Positions 1-12,849 of a stretch of DNA of 64,000 nt are shown here, one piece after another. Source of the stretch: Octopus sinensis (Eukaryota); the NCBI RefSeq assembly GCF_006345805.1, contig NC_043004.1, positions 24,986,001 to 25,050,000 of the forward strand, written 5' to 3'. The notes beneath the pieces are model-generated. The model worked only from the letters and a program-made list of their open reading frames with translations, ran no database searches and was not told the DNA's origin. The position numbers and the translations under genes were made by a program. Each line of letters begins with the position of its first letter. The first letter of the stretch is position 1.

Positions 1-170
1 TTAAGTCGATTAGATCGACCCAAGTCTGTAACTGGTATTTAATTTATCGACCCCGAAAGGATGAAAGGCAAAGTCGACCTCGGCGGAATTTAAGCTCAGA
101 ACGTAACGGCAGACGAAATACCGCTAAGTATTTTGCCCGGCGTGCTAACGATTCTACCAGCTCGCAGCCT
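1..170 (-). mobile_element. tRNA-derived SINE family A (partial, runs off window)
   Basis: Reverse complement matches the + copies at 18444, 29425 and 63611 (gagctggcagaa..gttagcacgccgggc..aaattccgccgaggtcgactttgcctttcatcctttcggggtcgataaatt). Confidence 0.85.
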
Positions 171-559
171 TTCTTCCTTACTACTTTAGTTTGTAACAAC
201 ATTGAGACAGAGTCACTCATTTCAGAGCAAGAGCTACAGTTGATTGGATCGAGCTCAGAAATTGATTGGCAGTTTCTGTCATTGAAACACGACTTTTCTT
301 TTCTTAACAAACAATTTTTTTATTGAAACGACTCTTCGAGAGCGTTTTATCCAAATTTCTTTCCGATTTTTTAATTCCCGAACAATTTTAAATATTGAGA
401 AGTGTTGATATAAAATACTTATACATATATAATTATTTTACAAATTTTTTTTTTATAAAATCATTCTAAGAAAAGTTTCATTGATAAAAGTCGTTTCGAT
501 AATAAGTCGTCCAATGAGGTGTAGTTCTACAAAAAGTTGCTCAATAAAAAATCGCCGTA

Positions 560-2720
560 CCTCAGGTAATAATATAGTAACAAAACACCGAAATTCAGAG
601 ATTCTGATGCAAAAGAAGTGTATGAAAAGAGTGTTTCTATAAGTTGTGACATTAATCTCTGTTGTGATGGGAGATTTCAACGCAAATGTTGGAAACGGCA
701 ACAGGGTGAGAAACATGGTGGAAAATTTGGGAGGGAGAAATGAAGGAGAACGATTAGTTACCATTAAAAAAATGCGAAAAATAGATGAATAAAGAAAAAA
801 AACCTTACATCGGGAACAGCTTATTCATAAAAAAATCTGGAAAGAGATGGACCTGGATAACCCCAAATGCTCAGCATCGAAACGAGATCAGGTAAAACCT
901 GATATACAGATGAATCGTACTGCAAGCCATCTCAGTCGTATCGCCATTCACCACTGGTAGCAACCATCGCTTGCTGAGGATGAGGTGGTGGGTGATGCTG
1001 GTGTCATCTCTCTTATCTTGATATCAGGAAGGAAACTTGGTTTTAGCTTGAAGAAATCGATAAAGATTATAATTCGCTGATCGGAAAATAGAAAGCTACA
1101 AGTGAAAAGCGAGCAATGTATAATACTCATAGGAACTGGATAGAAGGATCTGAGGAAGCAACAAAGAAAACGCTTGAGGAACGGAAGACTACGAAGAGGA
1201 ACAGGAAAGATCACCTTGAATATTCCGTTCTCAACAAGAGGATAAGACGACGTGTAGAAAGAGACTGTGAGAAGTATAAACTGAAGAAGTTGCTGTGGGT
1301 TGCAGAAAAAAGAGAAACTTTTGAAGGGCTTCTTAAAATCGTAAGTGACGACGCTCACGAACACATATGGGCTGAAAGTGACGGACAAAAGGAAAATAGA
1401 GACAGTCTACAGAATCATATGCACCAATCTTTTAAAGTCATCAGTGATGTTCGATCTTCCACCGTCACAAGTATCTTGAAGAAGCATCACTCATTTGAAA
1501 TTCTTTTCTACTCTAGGCACAAGGCCTGAAATTTTGGGGGAGGAGGGCAGTCGATTAGATCGACCCCAGTACGCAACTGGTACTTAATTTATCGACTCCG
1601 GTAGGATGAAAGGCAAAGTCGACCTCGCACTATTTGAACTCTGAACATAAAGACGGACGAAGTACCTATTTCTTTACTGCCCACAAGAGGCTACACACAG
1701 AGGCGACGAACAAGGACAGACAAACGGATTAAGTCGATTATATTGATCCCAGTGCGTAACTGGTACTTAATTTATCGACCCCGAAAGGATGAAAGGCAAA
1801 GTCGACCTCGGCGGAATTTGAACTTAGAACGTAGCGGCAGACGAAATACCGCTAAGCATTTCGCCCGGCGAGCTAATGTTTCTACTAGCTCACCGCCTTG
1901 AAGTATCACTCATTTGAAATTGAGAATGTTTTAAAGCTGGTGAAGTGAGATAATACCCCGGAAATGATGGTATAACAACTGAAAAACTAAGGAGTGGAGG
2001 AGAGCAGCTGTGGAAAAATCATCGTTGTAGGAATTACAACCGTGTTTCGTGGTCTGCTACCACAACAGCTCCTTTATAGGATCCAGTTAGCTCAAGACAT
2101 CATCAGGAGGAACCACGTCCGGTTTCGGACATTGCAATCAATATTTGAAAAGGGGAAAATACTCTCACTGTAGAAGGATTCGAATACTATCTTGGTTTAT
2201 AAAATTGGTGATAAGGAAGATTTGAGTAACTATTACCACATATACTTCGTCTCACCTCTACAAACTGCTTACAAAAATCATAGCCACCAGACTTATCGAA
2301 ACACCTCAACGACCAACAACTGAGGGAGCAACGAATTTACTCTAAAGCAGCTTTCTACAATGAGCGAAAGTGTATAAGTTGCTTCTTTGCACCGCTTTCG
2401 TTGATTACAAACGGCCTTCAGTAACATCGACGCGAATTCATTGTTGAAGAGGGTGTCGAAACTTCTCAGGGTGGATAACACCGAAATAGCTCAGCTGTTA
2501 CCACCTGTAAGCGTTCCATTTGAGAAAGACGTTAAACAAGTAGATGACATCTTTCCAAAGTCTTTCCCTGCGTGTCTCGTAATCGCCATAAGAGATATTG
2601 AATACGAAGGAGGCATCAACATCAGCGACGAGCTTCTAACACCTCCGATTTGCAGATGACATCGTGCTCATCGCAGATCATTCTGAAAGAAGTGGAACCT
2701 AGGGTACACTTGAGAATACA
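560..2720 (+). pseudogene. Degenerate RTE-clade LINE (APE endonuclease and RT remnants)
   Basis: VVMGDFNANVG at ~661-693, RWTWITPN at ~845-868, VKQVDDIFPKSF..GGINI (QGD-like region) at ~2530-2625, LRFADDIVLI at ~2643-2672; many frameshifts; interrupted by a SINE. Confidence 0.8.
1503..1899 (-). mobile_element. Full-length SINE A with duplicated central domain and 22-bp TSD
   Basis: Flanked by gaagcatcactcatttgaaatt (1481-1502) and gaagtatcactcatttgaaatt (1900-1921); ggatgaaaggcaaagtcgacctcg present twice. Confidence 0.9.
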
Positions 2721-2829
2721 TCTCATGAAAATAAAATATATGCTGTCTGAAAAGTGTGTGTGTATACATACATACATACATACATACATACACACACACA
2801 CACTCATATATATGTATATATATATATAC

Positions 2830-3200
2830 AGGCACGGCTGTGATAAGAAGCTTTCTTCCCAACCACATGGTTCCGGGTTCAGTTCCACTGCGTGGCACCT
2901 TGTGACCGGATTTGGTAGACGGAAACTGAAAAAAGCCTGTGACATATATACTTGTATATATATTTGTGTGTTTGTGTCTGTTAGTCCCTTCACTATCGCT
3001 TGACAACTGATCTTGGTGTGTTTATGTCCCCGTAACTTGCGGTTAGGCAAAAGAGAACGATAGAATAAGTACCAGGCTTAAAACTAATAAGTACCAGACT
3101 TACAAAGAATAAGTCTAGGGGTCGATTTCTTCGACTAAAAGGCGGTGCTCCGGCATGGCCACAGTCAAAATGACTGAAACGAGTAAAGGAATAAAAGAAT
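2830..3200 (+). mobile_element. SINE family B (tRNA head, internal microsatellite, LINE-derived tail)
   Basis: ggctgtg..ccacatggttccgggttcagttccactgcgtggcacc head; ggcggtgctccggcatggccacagtcaaaatgactgaaac tail. Confidence 0.85.
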
Positions 3201-3205
3201 ACATA

Positions 3206-3246
<41 letters not shown>

Positions 3247-4470
3247 ACACACATATGTATAGTGAGACACTGCCATCCGAGTAATGGCCATTTATAAATG
3301 GCTCAGGTACGAGGTTAGATGCCACAGTTTAAGTGAGGTTTGCTTCTGAAGAAATGTAGCGCAACCATAGTGGTGGTGATATGAAGATATATGCAGAAAA
3401 GCAACGGGGTTATAAGAATATATGAAAATGCTACTTCTATGTAGCTTAGCGAAGGACTGACTGTGACACTAACAGGTTAATACAAAGTTTGCCATTTCCA
3501 CTGATGATCACAAGAAGTGACTAATTCCAGTTTCGAATTTAACACATTAAGTGGGTGCATTAGTATTTTGTACTTTTCAGATAAACAGAAAGGCATTTCA
3601 GTTCATTGATAAACATGGGCACGGTTTCAATAATTGGCCAGCTGATCTCGAAATTATAGATACCACTTCTCTTCAGGTCCCAAATAGAATTAGACAGTGT
3701 GTTAGTACTTCTTCTATGTCTGTATATGAGCGAATGAGTGTGTTGTTTAAATAATGTTTCTGAAGTTTTTTTCAATTAGACCCATGAAGCTTTTCCATCA
3801 TTGCTGTTTCCGATAGAGATTTCCGTTTAGCTCACTGCATTTTATTTTGGAACCATTTACCATTTATTGGGCAGGTATTAGTGACATGTAAGTTACAGTG
3901 TAGTAGAAGGGTTTGTGCATTTCATTGTGTCAGATTTTTCAGTTTGATTCCAGTTAAGGAGGTGGCAAAGTTAAGGAAACAAAAATATCCCCCTTAACAA
4001 TGCTTCTACTGGAGACTTTATATAGCTTATATTTTGAGGAAATTGTTTATTTGTTAGGTGTTAAAAAAATCACTTAAGCCAAATGTATTGTTCTGTTTTG
4101 GTGTGTAACGTATTTTTTCTTTGAATTTACTTCTATGTATTGCATCATTGCAATACTCTATATTGCAGAATATGATTACGTGTTTGTATGCATGTACACT
4201 TATGCCTGTATGTGTTTATGTGGGAGTGGGTGCGCGCGCACTTACATGGGAGTGTATACGTATAATCTTTTAATTCACATACATGATCCATGCCACGTTC
4301 ATGACCTGTAACACCAGCGGATCTTCAAATTTATGTGATATTTTCTTGACCACTGAATTTATTTTATCTGTTAGAAAACCTCGCTATTTTTCTTCTCTCA
4401 TTTCGACTAGTGCTTTGGAATGACAATGTTGACCCATTAATAATTTCGGTAGTATTATCAGCAACACACG

Positions 4471-4556
<86 letters not shown>

Positions 4557-4619
4557 TATCCCCTCAAAATATGACAGGTTTAGTCTACTTTGAACTTTTA
4601 AACCCAAATCAAACGATAA

Positions 4620-5078
4620 CAAATGAGATTTTCTGCGAGTAGCTTGATCGGCTTATGTCAGGACGAGAAGAAAAACGATTATCTTTGGTTTCAAGACGAA
4701 AGGTGTTCTTCCATCAGAATAATGCTTGGCTGCATACAGCGAAGATGATATTCCAAAGGCTGGAGCAGTTTGAATGGGAAACGATGCTCCACCCACCATA
4801 TTCGCCGGACATTGCCCCATCAGATTATCATTCATTGGACGGAAAAAATATGAATTCTGTAGATGAGGTGAGATCACAACTGGAAGAGTATTTTTCGTGA
4901 CAGACAAAAGAAATTTTGGAAGAGGGGCTTTGCAAGTTTACCAGATGGATGGAAGAGGGAGAGCATTGTAGAAAATGAAGGAGAGTATATTTTAGATTAA
5001 AAAAGAACTTTGTTTATCTTAATTTTGAAAAATAAAAGAAGTATAAAAAATCGCATTATTTATGGGATGATCTAATAT
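4620..5078 (+). pseudogene. Mariner transposase 3' fragment with right end
   Basis: FHQNNAWLH and HPPYSPDIAPSDYH motifs; TIR-like end ttatttatgggatgatctaata. Confidence 0.8.
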
Positions 5079-6023
5079 ATTTCACTAGCCTGAATATGTA
5101 TAGACACACTTGATTAAGGAAAAAACTAATAAAAAATTGGTTTCAAAAGAAAAATAAGTTATTCCGTAGAAAATTGAATTTAAAACGTTTTAAATCCCAG
5201 TCTGTAACAGAGAAAAACTCCAAACACTCAGAACAATAAATTAGGAAAGAAAGCGGAAATGTATTTTTAGACATTTTCAATACCTACGGCGACATTACAG
5301 ATATATCCGTATTAAAGCATTGGCTCATTACTCTTGTGTCGTATACATAATTTTTCATAGACAGGAAATTACATGTACTTTCATTTCATATTATGTGTGT
5401 ATGTATGTGTGTGTGTGTGAGTACATTTACAAAATTGTATTTTATAGATATAAATATTAGCAGGCACCAGAATGACAACATGCCTTTTAGTATTTAGTTC
5501 CGTCTACTACGCTGTGAGCTCTAATCTTGTTAGAATTGATAAAATAAGCATCAGGTATGTACTGGTGTCGATATAATCAATTATATCTCAGTTAGGTATT
5601 TAAAATAGGTTATTCAACAGTTAACATATAAATCCAATGAATTTCTTATGCGATAAAAATTTTGAGATATATTCCGTTGGATCATTCTGATTATATTACG
5701 TTAACCGGATAGGTTTCCTGGACCAACATCTGTTGGTCTATGTAAAGCTCTATATGTATTAAAAGAATTAAAGGTAATGCTTCGTTATAGTCCTTATTAT
5801 TAATATTGTTATGTGTGTGTGTGTCTGTGTGTAGACTAAACAGAACAGGAGGTGACATGTGGGATGCAGAGACGCTGGAAAATACGAGAATCTTTATTGA
5901 TCACAATCTTCCGTCTTCGTCTCTCATTAATCAAATACCCATCGAATACCAGCCAGTGAATGTGCTTCACTGGCAAACTACTCGGTGTATACCATACGAT
6001 TTTTAAAAAAGATATATGTATAT

Positions 6024-6186
6024 AGGCACAGGAGTGTCTGTGTGGTAAGTAGCTTGCTTACCAACTACATGGTTCCGAGTTCAGTCCCACTGCGTGGCAC
6101 CTTGGGGAAGTGTCTTCTACAATAGCCTCGGGCGGACCAAAGCTTTGTGAGTGGATTTGGTAGAGGGAAACTGAAAGAAGCGCGTC

Positions 6187-6236
<50 letters not shown>

Positions 6237-6295
6237 TGAACCCGGAACCATGTGGTTGGTAAGCAAGCTACTTACCACACACCCACTCCTGCGCC

Positions 6296-6351
<56 letters not shown>

Positions 6352-6412
6352 TGAACCCGGAACCATGTGGTTGGTAAGCAAGCTACTTACCACACACCCA
6401 CTCCTGCGCCTA
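6024..6412. mobile_element. SINE B head (+) followed by two inverted head fragments (-)
   Basis: 6024-6190 on +; identical 62-bp copies at 6234-6295 and 6349-6410 are reverse complements of the SINE 5' end, each within (TA)n. Confidence 0.85.
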
Positions 6413-6464
6413 TATATATATATATATATAATATATATATATAATATGTGACAGTTGGTTGTCA

Positions 6465-6526
6465 TAATAAAACTCAGAGTTTCGGATACCGGGGCTGAAG
6501 TCTGCTCCGGTATCTCATCAGTTATT
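6465..6526 (-). ncRNA. Type I hammerhead ribozyme motif
   Basis: Near-exact reverse complement of 6544-6606 with intact CUGAUGA/GAAA core. Confidence 0.8.
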
Positions 6527-6543
6527 TAGATAGCGTTTTGTTT

Positions 6544-6606
6544 TAATAACTGATGAGATGCCGGAGCAGACTTCAGCCTCGGTATCCGAAACTCTGAGTT
6601 TTATTA
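6544..6606 (+). ncRNA. Type I hammerhead ribozyme motif
   Basis: taataa CTGATGA gatgccg..cggtatcc GAAA ctc-t-gag TT ttatta: 6-bp stem I, 7-bp stem II, palindromic stem III. Confidence 0.85.
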
Positions 6607-6782
6607 TGACAACCAACTAATTGTCACATATATTTATAGATAAATTCCTCTATTTTACATAATATCGAGGTCTCATTCATCCTTTTGTTGTCATATTATT
6701 ATTTTTATCATCATCATTATATATATATATATATAATTTAATTAAAGGGTACATGTATTTAAGTACATGTATTTAAGCACTA

Positions 6783-6834
6783 GCAATACTATTAGTTTCA
6801 TATGTTGAGAAATTCTCAAATATTCATCAAGCGC
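6783..6834 (-). ncRNA. Degenerate hammerhead motif (U3 variant)
   Basis: gcgc TTGATGA atatttgagaatttctcaacatat GAAA cta-a-tag TA ttgc; good stems II and III, weak stem I. Confidence 0.5.
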
Positions 6835-7282
6835 AAACCATTTATCGTAACGAACTAAAAAAAATTGAATAACGCGAAAAAAAAGAAAAAAACTAAGAAG
6901 GCTGCATATAGAAAACATAGAAAATATAAAAAAACGAAAATATAAAAATTAAAATGCAAAAATAAAACGGAAAAAATAAAAAGTAAATGTGTAAAAGAGC
7001 ATCCTCCTTAGACCTTAAATGATATTCATATATACGTACGTACATACATACATACATACATAGACCTGACATGGTGATTTGGGATATAGAAATATGTCAC
7101 ATGTATCACATGTAATACACAGGACAGGCAGAGGTTAACTGAAATTTACCTCTTAGATTATTGGTTCTCAATCGAGCTCCATATGGATTTCGGAGGTCCA
7201 TATAAGATTTTGTTGTTCAAATTTATGTGCAATACTTCTGCAATACACAAAATATTTTATTTTTCTATACAATGCCTAATAA

Positions 7283-7520
7283 TCTATATATATAAAACTG
7301 AGAATGTGTGTGTCTGTCTGTGTGTGTGAATCCCTAAAACTTGAGAACTACACAACCAATTTCATTCAAATATAACACTTGCCTTACGTAGGGTCCATGC
7401 AGTGTCATGGGCAAAAAAAATGTTTAACTTCTTGCCTAGGGCGGGCCCACAGCAATATCATATCTTCTCCATTATTTCAGTACTACGTGTTAAAAGTGAA
7501 ATAAAACATCTCTCTATTGT
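7283..7520 (+). mobile_element. Non-autonomous Helitron-like 5' segment
   Basis: TCTATATATATAAAA start, gtctgtctg microsatellite, then aactacacaaccaatttcattcaaa, as in Lep1/DINE-type elements. Confidence 0.5.
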
Positions 7521-7688
7521 ATGTATATGGATGTATATATATATATATATATATATAGAAAATAGTAAAGAGTGAAAAAACGACAGAAGGCTTAAATGTT
7601 AAAAAAATATATATTTGCGTCAATATGTCTGAAGAATATTAGAAAATTTTTTTTTAAAATTGTTTTCCCCTTATAATGACATAATTAA

Positions 7689-7727
7689 AAGAAAGACCGG
7701 TTTCGCGTGTAGCTTATCAAATTTCTT
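7689..7727 (-). ncRNA. Minimal hammerhead motif with U3-A8 core covariant
   Basis: aagaaa t TTGATAA gc-tacac-gc GAAA ccgg TC tttctt. Confidence 0.6.
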
Positions 7728-7851
7728 GTGACGTTATGTTTAAGCCTTCTGTCGTTTTTTCACTCTTTACTATTTTCTATATATTCACCCACGTGCTTTC
7801 ACAAATCAACTTTCTCATCTATCTATCTATCTATATCTATCTATCTATCTA

Positions 7852-7963
<112 letters not shown>

Positions 7964-8194
7964 ATATATAGATGTATATGTATACATGTATATGTATAGC
8001 TGTATTTGTATACATGTATATGTATAGATGTATTTCTATAGATATACATGTATGTCTAGATGTATTTCTATAGATATACATGTATGTTTAGATCTATATA
8101 TAGATGTACATGTAATATATACACATATATACATGCATACATATACACACCCATACACACACCTCAAAACACACACACATATACACACATACAT

Positions 8195-8520
8195 AGGTGC
8201 AGGTTTGTCTGTGTGGTAACAAACTTGGTTCCAAAACACATGGTCCTCACTCAGTTCAGTCCCACTGTGTGGTAACTTGGCATGTGTCTTCTGCTAAAGC
8301 CTCAGACCGACCAAAGCCTTGTCAGTGGATTTTGTGGACAGAAACTGAAAGAAATCAATTGTATATATATGTATATATGTAAGTCTATGTGTGTGTCTTT
8401 GTGTTTCTCTCTCATCACTGCTTCACAACTGGTGTTCGTTTATTTACATCCCCATAACTTACTGGTTTCACAAGAAGAAACTGATAGAATGAGTACCAGG
8501 CTTATCAAAATATAAAAAAG
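8195..8520 (+). mobile_element. Diverged SINE B
   Basis: Head and body similar to other B copies. Confidence 0.75.
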
Positions 8521-8596
8521 CACTACGCAGTGTCTCATATTTTTACTTGCCCACTCAGTTGTATCTATCAATTTATCTTTGTGTGTGTGTGTGTGT

Positions 8597-8656
<60 letters not shown>

Positions 8657-9504
8657 ACGTTTGCACATACCATAACCCGTGCATCCCCAACACATTCTTT
8701 GCCGACAAGACATCCCACAAGGCATCTTGGAGACATCCAAGATCTCACCACTGGCATTAGCTGGATCTCATCATTGCAGGAAGATCCTTTCTGAATTCTG
8801 TTCAACTGACCCGTACTTACTATAGTACGGATTGTGACATACATCATTCACTAATAATAAGCAAGGTGAGGATTCTGCCTAAGAAAATGGGCCGACTACG
8901 CATTAACACTGCCAGAATCTCGGACCATACACTGCGAAAATGTTTTGCTGTTTCAATCAAGGTTGCCCTCAGTAGCTGCCCAACCTCCTCTGCTGAAAGT
9001 AGGTGGAATGTTTGAGAACCATTATCTTAAATGGAGAATCTGAGAAGGAAGGGCAACTCTTGACTTCTTTTGGGTGGGGGAAGGATTGCCTCAGACAATA
9101 GTAAGAGAAAACATAAAGTTATTATTAGATCAGACAATCTGGTGCAAGTGCTTGCAGCATAACTAACTTGGTTAAGGACACTTTGGAATTATGGCACAAT
9201 ATAAAACTGGATGAAGAATGAAGGAATACACCACCGACTTATTCTGATGGCCAGAAATGTAGATTTAAGCAGCGTTAAGCACATTAATAATAGTGCAATG
9301 TTTAATGTAATTCAGCATGATTAATAGTTCGTATTGGATTACGAATATAATTTTACCTATTAAAGTATGTATTTATGACTTAGTCATTCGACTGTTGTTA
9401 GCTAATTGGACATTCAAAAATTAAAACAAAAAGTGGCTAGAGGAAACACCACCCTGGGAACAAACCTACAAACTATTCGCATGGCGGACCTCCACCCCCC
9501 TCCC

Positions 9505-9560
<56 letters not shown>

Positions 9561-9568
9561 TATACATA

Positions 9569-9745
9569 TGTACGACAGACTTCTTTCAGTTTCGGTCTAC
9601 CAAATCCACTCACAAGACCACAAGACTTTGGTCGGCCCGAGGCTATAGTAGAAGACACTTGCCCAAGGTGCCACGCAGTGGTAATGAACACGGAGCCATG
9701 TGGTTGGTAAGCAAGCTACTTACCACACAGTCACTCCTGCGCCTA
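9569..9745 (-). mobile_element. SINE B 5' half
   Basis: Reverse complement of the B head. Confidence 0.85.
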
Positions 9746-9862
9746 TATATATATATATATATATATATATGTAGGGAGAATTCACAAGAAAACAAAAGAC
9801 GAAGACAGATTGTGTAGACAACAAACATATGTATTAGTATAACGCTCGCGAATTGAAAAGGT

Positions 9863-9898
9863 CTTTAACGTTTCGAGCCTACGCTCTTCCACAGAAAG
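9863..9898 (-). ncRNA. Minimal hammerhead motif with variant core CUGUGGA
   Basis: cttt CTGTGGA a gagc-gtag-gctc GAAA cg TT aaag, within a ~190-bp repeat (9772-9960) between TA tracts. Confidence 0.55.
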
Positions 9899-11478
9899 GA
9901 ACACAGAAAGAAACAAGGAGAGAAAATAAAGAATGTGTAGTGGCAAGTGATCCATCATGGCGAATATATATATAGTCATAAAATACAGTATACATTTAAA
10001 CACGTAAGGAATCCACTCGTGGGATTCAACACGCTAGAAAGAACAGCTAGGTTCCATAACCACAAAATTGGGGATAAAATTCGACAGGAACGAAATGAAA
10101 AAATAAAAACATTTCACCATCTAGTTTCCTGGACCAATTGGTTTCTGGTTTTAGTTTAGCAAGTGAATAACATTTACCCGCTAGGTGAAACCGGTGCAAG
10201 TTATGCATTGCCGAACGCACGAGTATCCTTAAAGACTTGCTCCTGAACTCCAGGACGGAGATTTTCGGACCATAATGGCATTTTAGTAAATTCCTGCTGG
10301 CTTTTTGAAATCTGCATAGCGGCACCACAGCCGGAAACCAATAGCCAAGACCGAAGTGGTGCTTTGGTGACTGCAAGATGGTAGCCGCAGCCGAAGATCG
10401 AAGGATAACGGCAAATGGGAGATAATTACTAGAGTTTTACCCTTAAAAACGAGTCTTTTTCCCTTCCATATTTTAAAGAGGTCACAGGCCAGCAGTGTTT
10501 GGGGTCTGAAGATACGCCGTAAGGCTAAACCCCTTATGAGCAAGAAACCCAGGGTAACCCCAGAAACCGGCCTACCCTACTATAATATATATATATATAT
10601 ATATACGCGCATGCGCGTGCACACACACACATACATAAATATGTGTGTGTTTGTGTGAGTGTGCGTGTGTGTGTATATGTCTGTCTGTCTTTGTCTCCCC
10701 ACCTCCGCTTGACAACCGGGGTTGGAGTATTTACGCCCCCGTAACTTAGCGGTTCGATAAAACGACATCAATAGAATAAGTTCCTGACTTAAGAAAAGAA
10801 AATATGCGTTGGGGTCGATTCATTCGATTAAAAATTCTTCAAAGCGGTGCCCCAGCATGTCCGCAGTCTAACGACTGAAACGAATATAAAGTAAATGATG
10901 TATTTACAATTTTTGCATTATGATATATACGTGAGTGTAAGTGTGTGTGTGTGTGTGTGTATGTGTGCGTGTGTGTATGTGGTTTGTGTATGTACACATG
11001 TATTTATGCGTGTGTGTATATATATATACATAGTCAACCGTGGTACGTGACAATTATCTTATTTTATCGAACCTAGAGGAATTAAAAGATAAAGCTTACT
11101 TCGGCAAGATTCGAACTCAGACAATATCGAACGTAAACAGAGAGAAATAATGCAAGGTACTTTTCTCCGATGTTGTAACAATTCTGTGAATCCTTGCAAA
11201 GTTTTGAATATTGTTATTATACCTTTTCATCGTGATAATCCTGTGTAATTCATTTGATGGACTTTGGGGGAATTAATGACAAATTTCTTTCTAACATATT
11301 ATACATCTCTGTTTTAAATAACAGAGGAAAATACCAATTGGTAAGACAGCCAGAATCATGAAATAGCAACAAGGAAGCATTTAGAAAAGAACATTTATAT
11401 GTGACCCGAAAATAACCAAATTCATGCATAGTCATTACTTAAATTTTTTTCACACTCACATACACGCACGCGTATAAT

Positions 11479-11509
<31 letters not shown>

Positions 11510-11524
11510 TATATATATAATATA

Positions 11525-11567
<43 letters not shown>

Positions 11568-11668
11568 AAGTAGTATTTTTCCCTCACGGGCTATTCTTTA
11601 CTGGAAAGCAATACTCTAGTATTGCATTACTAATTTATATATATATATATATATATATATATGCATAT

Positions 11669-12125
11669 AGGCGTAGGGGTGGCTGTGTGGTAAGTAACTT
11701 GCTTACCAACCACATGGTTCCGGGTTCAGTTCCACTGCGTGGCACCTTGGGAAAGTGTCTTTTACTATAGCCTCGGGCCGACCAAAACCTTGTGAGTGGA
11801 TTTGGTAGACGGAAACTGAAAGAAGCCCGTCGTATATATGTACATATGCATGTATGTATGTATGTATGTATGTATGTATGAATGTATGTATGTATGTATG
11901 TATGTATGTGTCTGTGTTTGTCACCCCCAACATCGCTTGACAACAGTTGGTGGTGTGTTTACGTTCCCGTAACTTAGCGACCAATTCGTATAAATAGTAC
12001 TAAAAAGTGACCGATAGAATAAGTACTAGGCTTACAAAGAATAAGTCCTGGGGTCGATTTGCTCGACTAAAGGCGGTGCTCCAGCATGGCCACAGTCAAA
12101 TGATTGAAACAAGTAAAAGAGTAAA
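11669..12125 (+). mobile_element. Full-length SINE B
   Basis: Head, (TATG)n spacer, tail. Confidence 0.9.
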
Positions 12126-12163
12126 TAAATACATACATACACACACACACACAACATAGATAT

Positions 12164-12284
12164 TTATTAATATTTAGCAGAAGCAACAGAATGACTCTAG
12201 GGTCGAGAGTATCGTGTGTTGGCACTTGTCAAACGCACGAAACTCTTGCCTCTTGAATCACTCTGTTGCTTCTGTTAACTAATA
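12164..12284. repeat. Diverged ~60-bp-arm hairpin
   Basis: cagaagcaacagaatgactc..tcgtgtgttggca versus tgtcaaacgcacgaaactc..aatcactctgttgcttctg. Confidence 0.7.
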
Positions 12285-12382
12285 AGAAAAATATGCGTAT
12301 ACTCACATTTTTCTTGTCTGAATCACCGTGCCTACATACAAGCATACATACACACACACACATACATACATACATACATACA

Positions 12383-12416
<34 letters not shown>

Positions 12417-12447
12417 CATACATACATACATATATATATATAATATC

Positions 12448-12740
12448 ACGTGATCACGTGACCGACCAGACCATCAGATGTTGTAACACATCGCTGGTCA
12501 CAATGCGTTCGCATTGTTTTAGCCTTCGAATGACGCCACCCCGCTGGCTAAGCGAGCAGGCCAGCAGAAGAAAGAGTGGTGAAAGAGTACAGCAGGGATC
12601 ACCACCTCCTGCCGGAGCCTTGTGGAGCTTTTTAGGTGTTTTCGCTGAATAAACACTCACAACGCCCGGTTTGGGAATCGAAACCGCGATTCTGCGACCG
12701 CGAGTCCGCTGCCCTAACCACTGGGCCATTGCGCCTCCAC
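12448..12740 (-). mobile_element. tRNA-derived SINE family C
   Basis: A box tggcccagtgg, B box ggtttcgattccc; 5' part shared with 46064-46230. Confidence 0.85.
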
Positions 12741-12849
12741 ATAGAATAAGTACTAGGCTTACAAAGAATAAGTCCTGGGGTCGATTTGCTCGACTAAAGG
12801 CGGTGCTCCAGCATATATATATATCTAATATATATATATTAGATATATT

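Larger units (their letters stand above)
6444..6631. repeat. Fold-back inverted repeat (~80-bp arms) with a hammerhead on each arm
   Basis: gttggttgtcataataaaactcagagtttcggatacc..tcatcagttatt versus aataactgatga..ggtatccgaaactctgagttttattatgacaaccaac. Confidence 0.95.

Noticed and set aside
3581-3676. Possible 96-nt plus-strand exon
   Set aside because: Good acceptor but poor donor (gtccca) and no recognisable peptide
8660-9300. Possible LINE endonuclease remnant on the minus strand
   Set aside because: Only a VLGMHG-like fragment; too weak to call
12660-12740. tRNA-like sequence (also at 28263, 46064 and the SINE A/B heads)
   Set aside because: No complete cloverleaf; each continues into a SINE body
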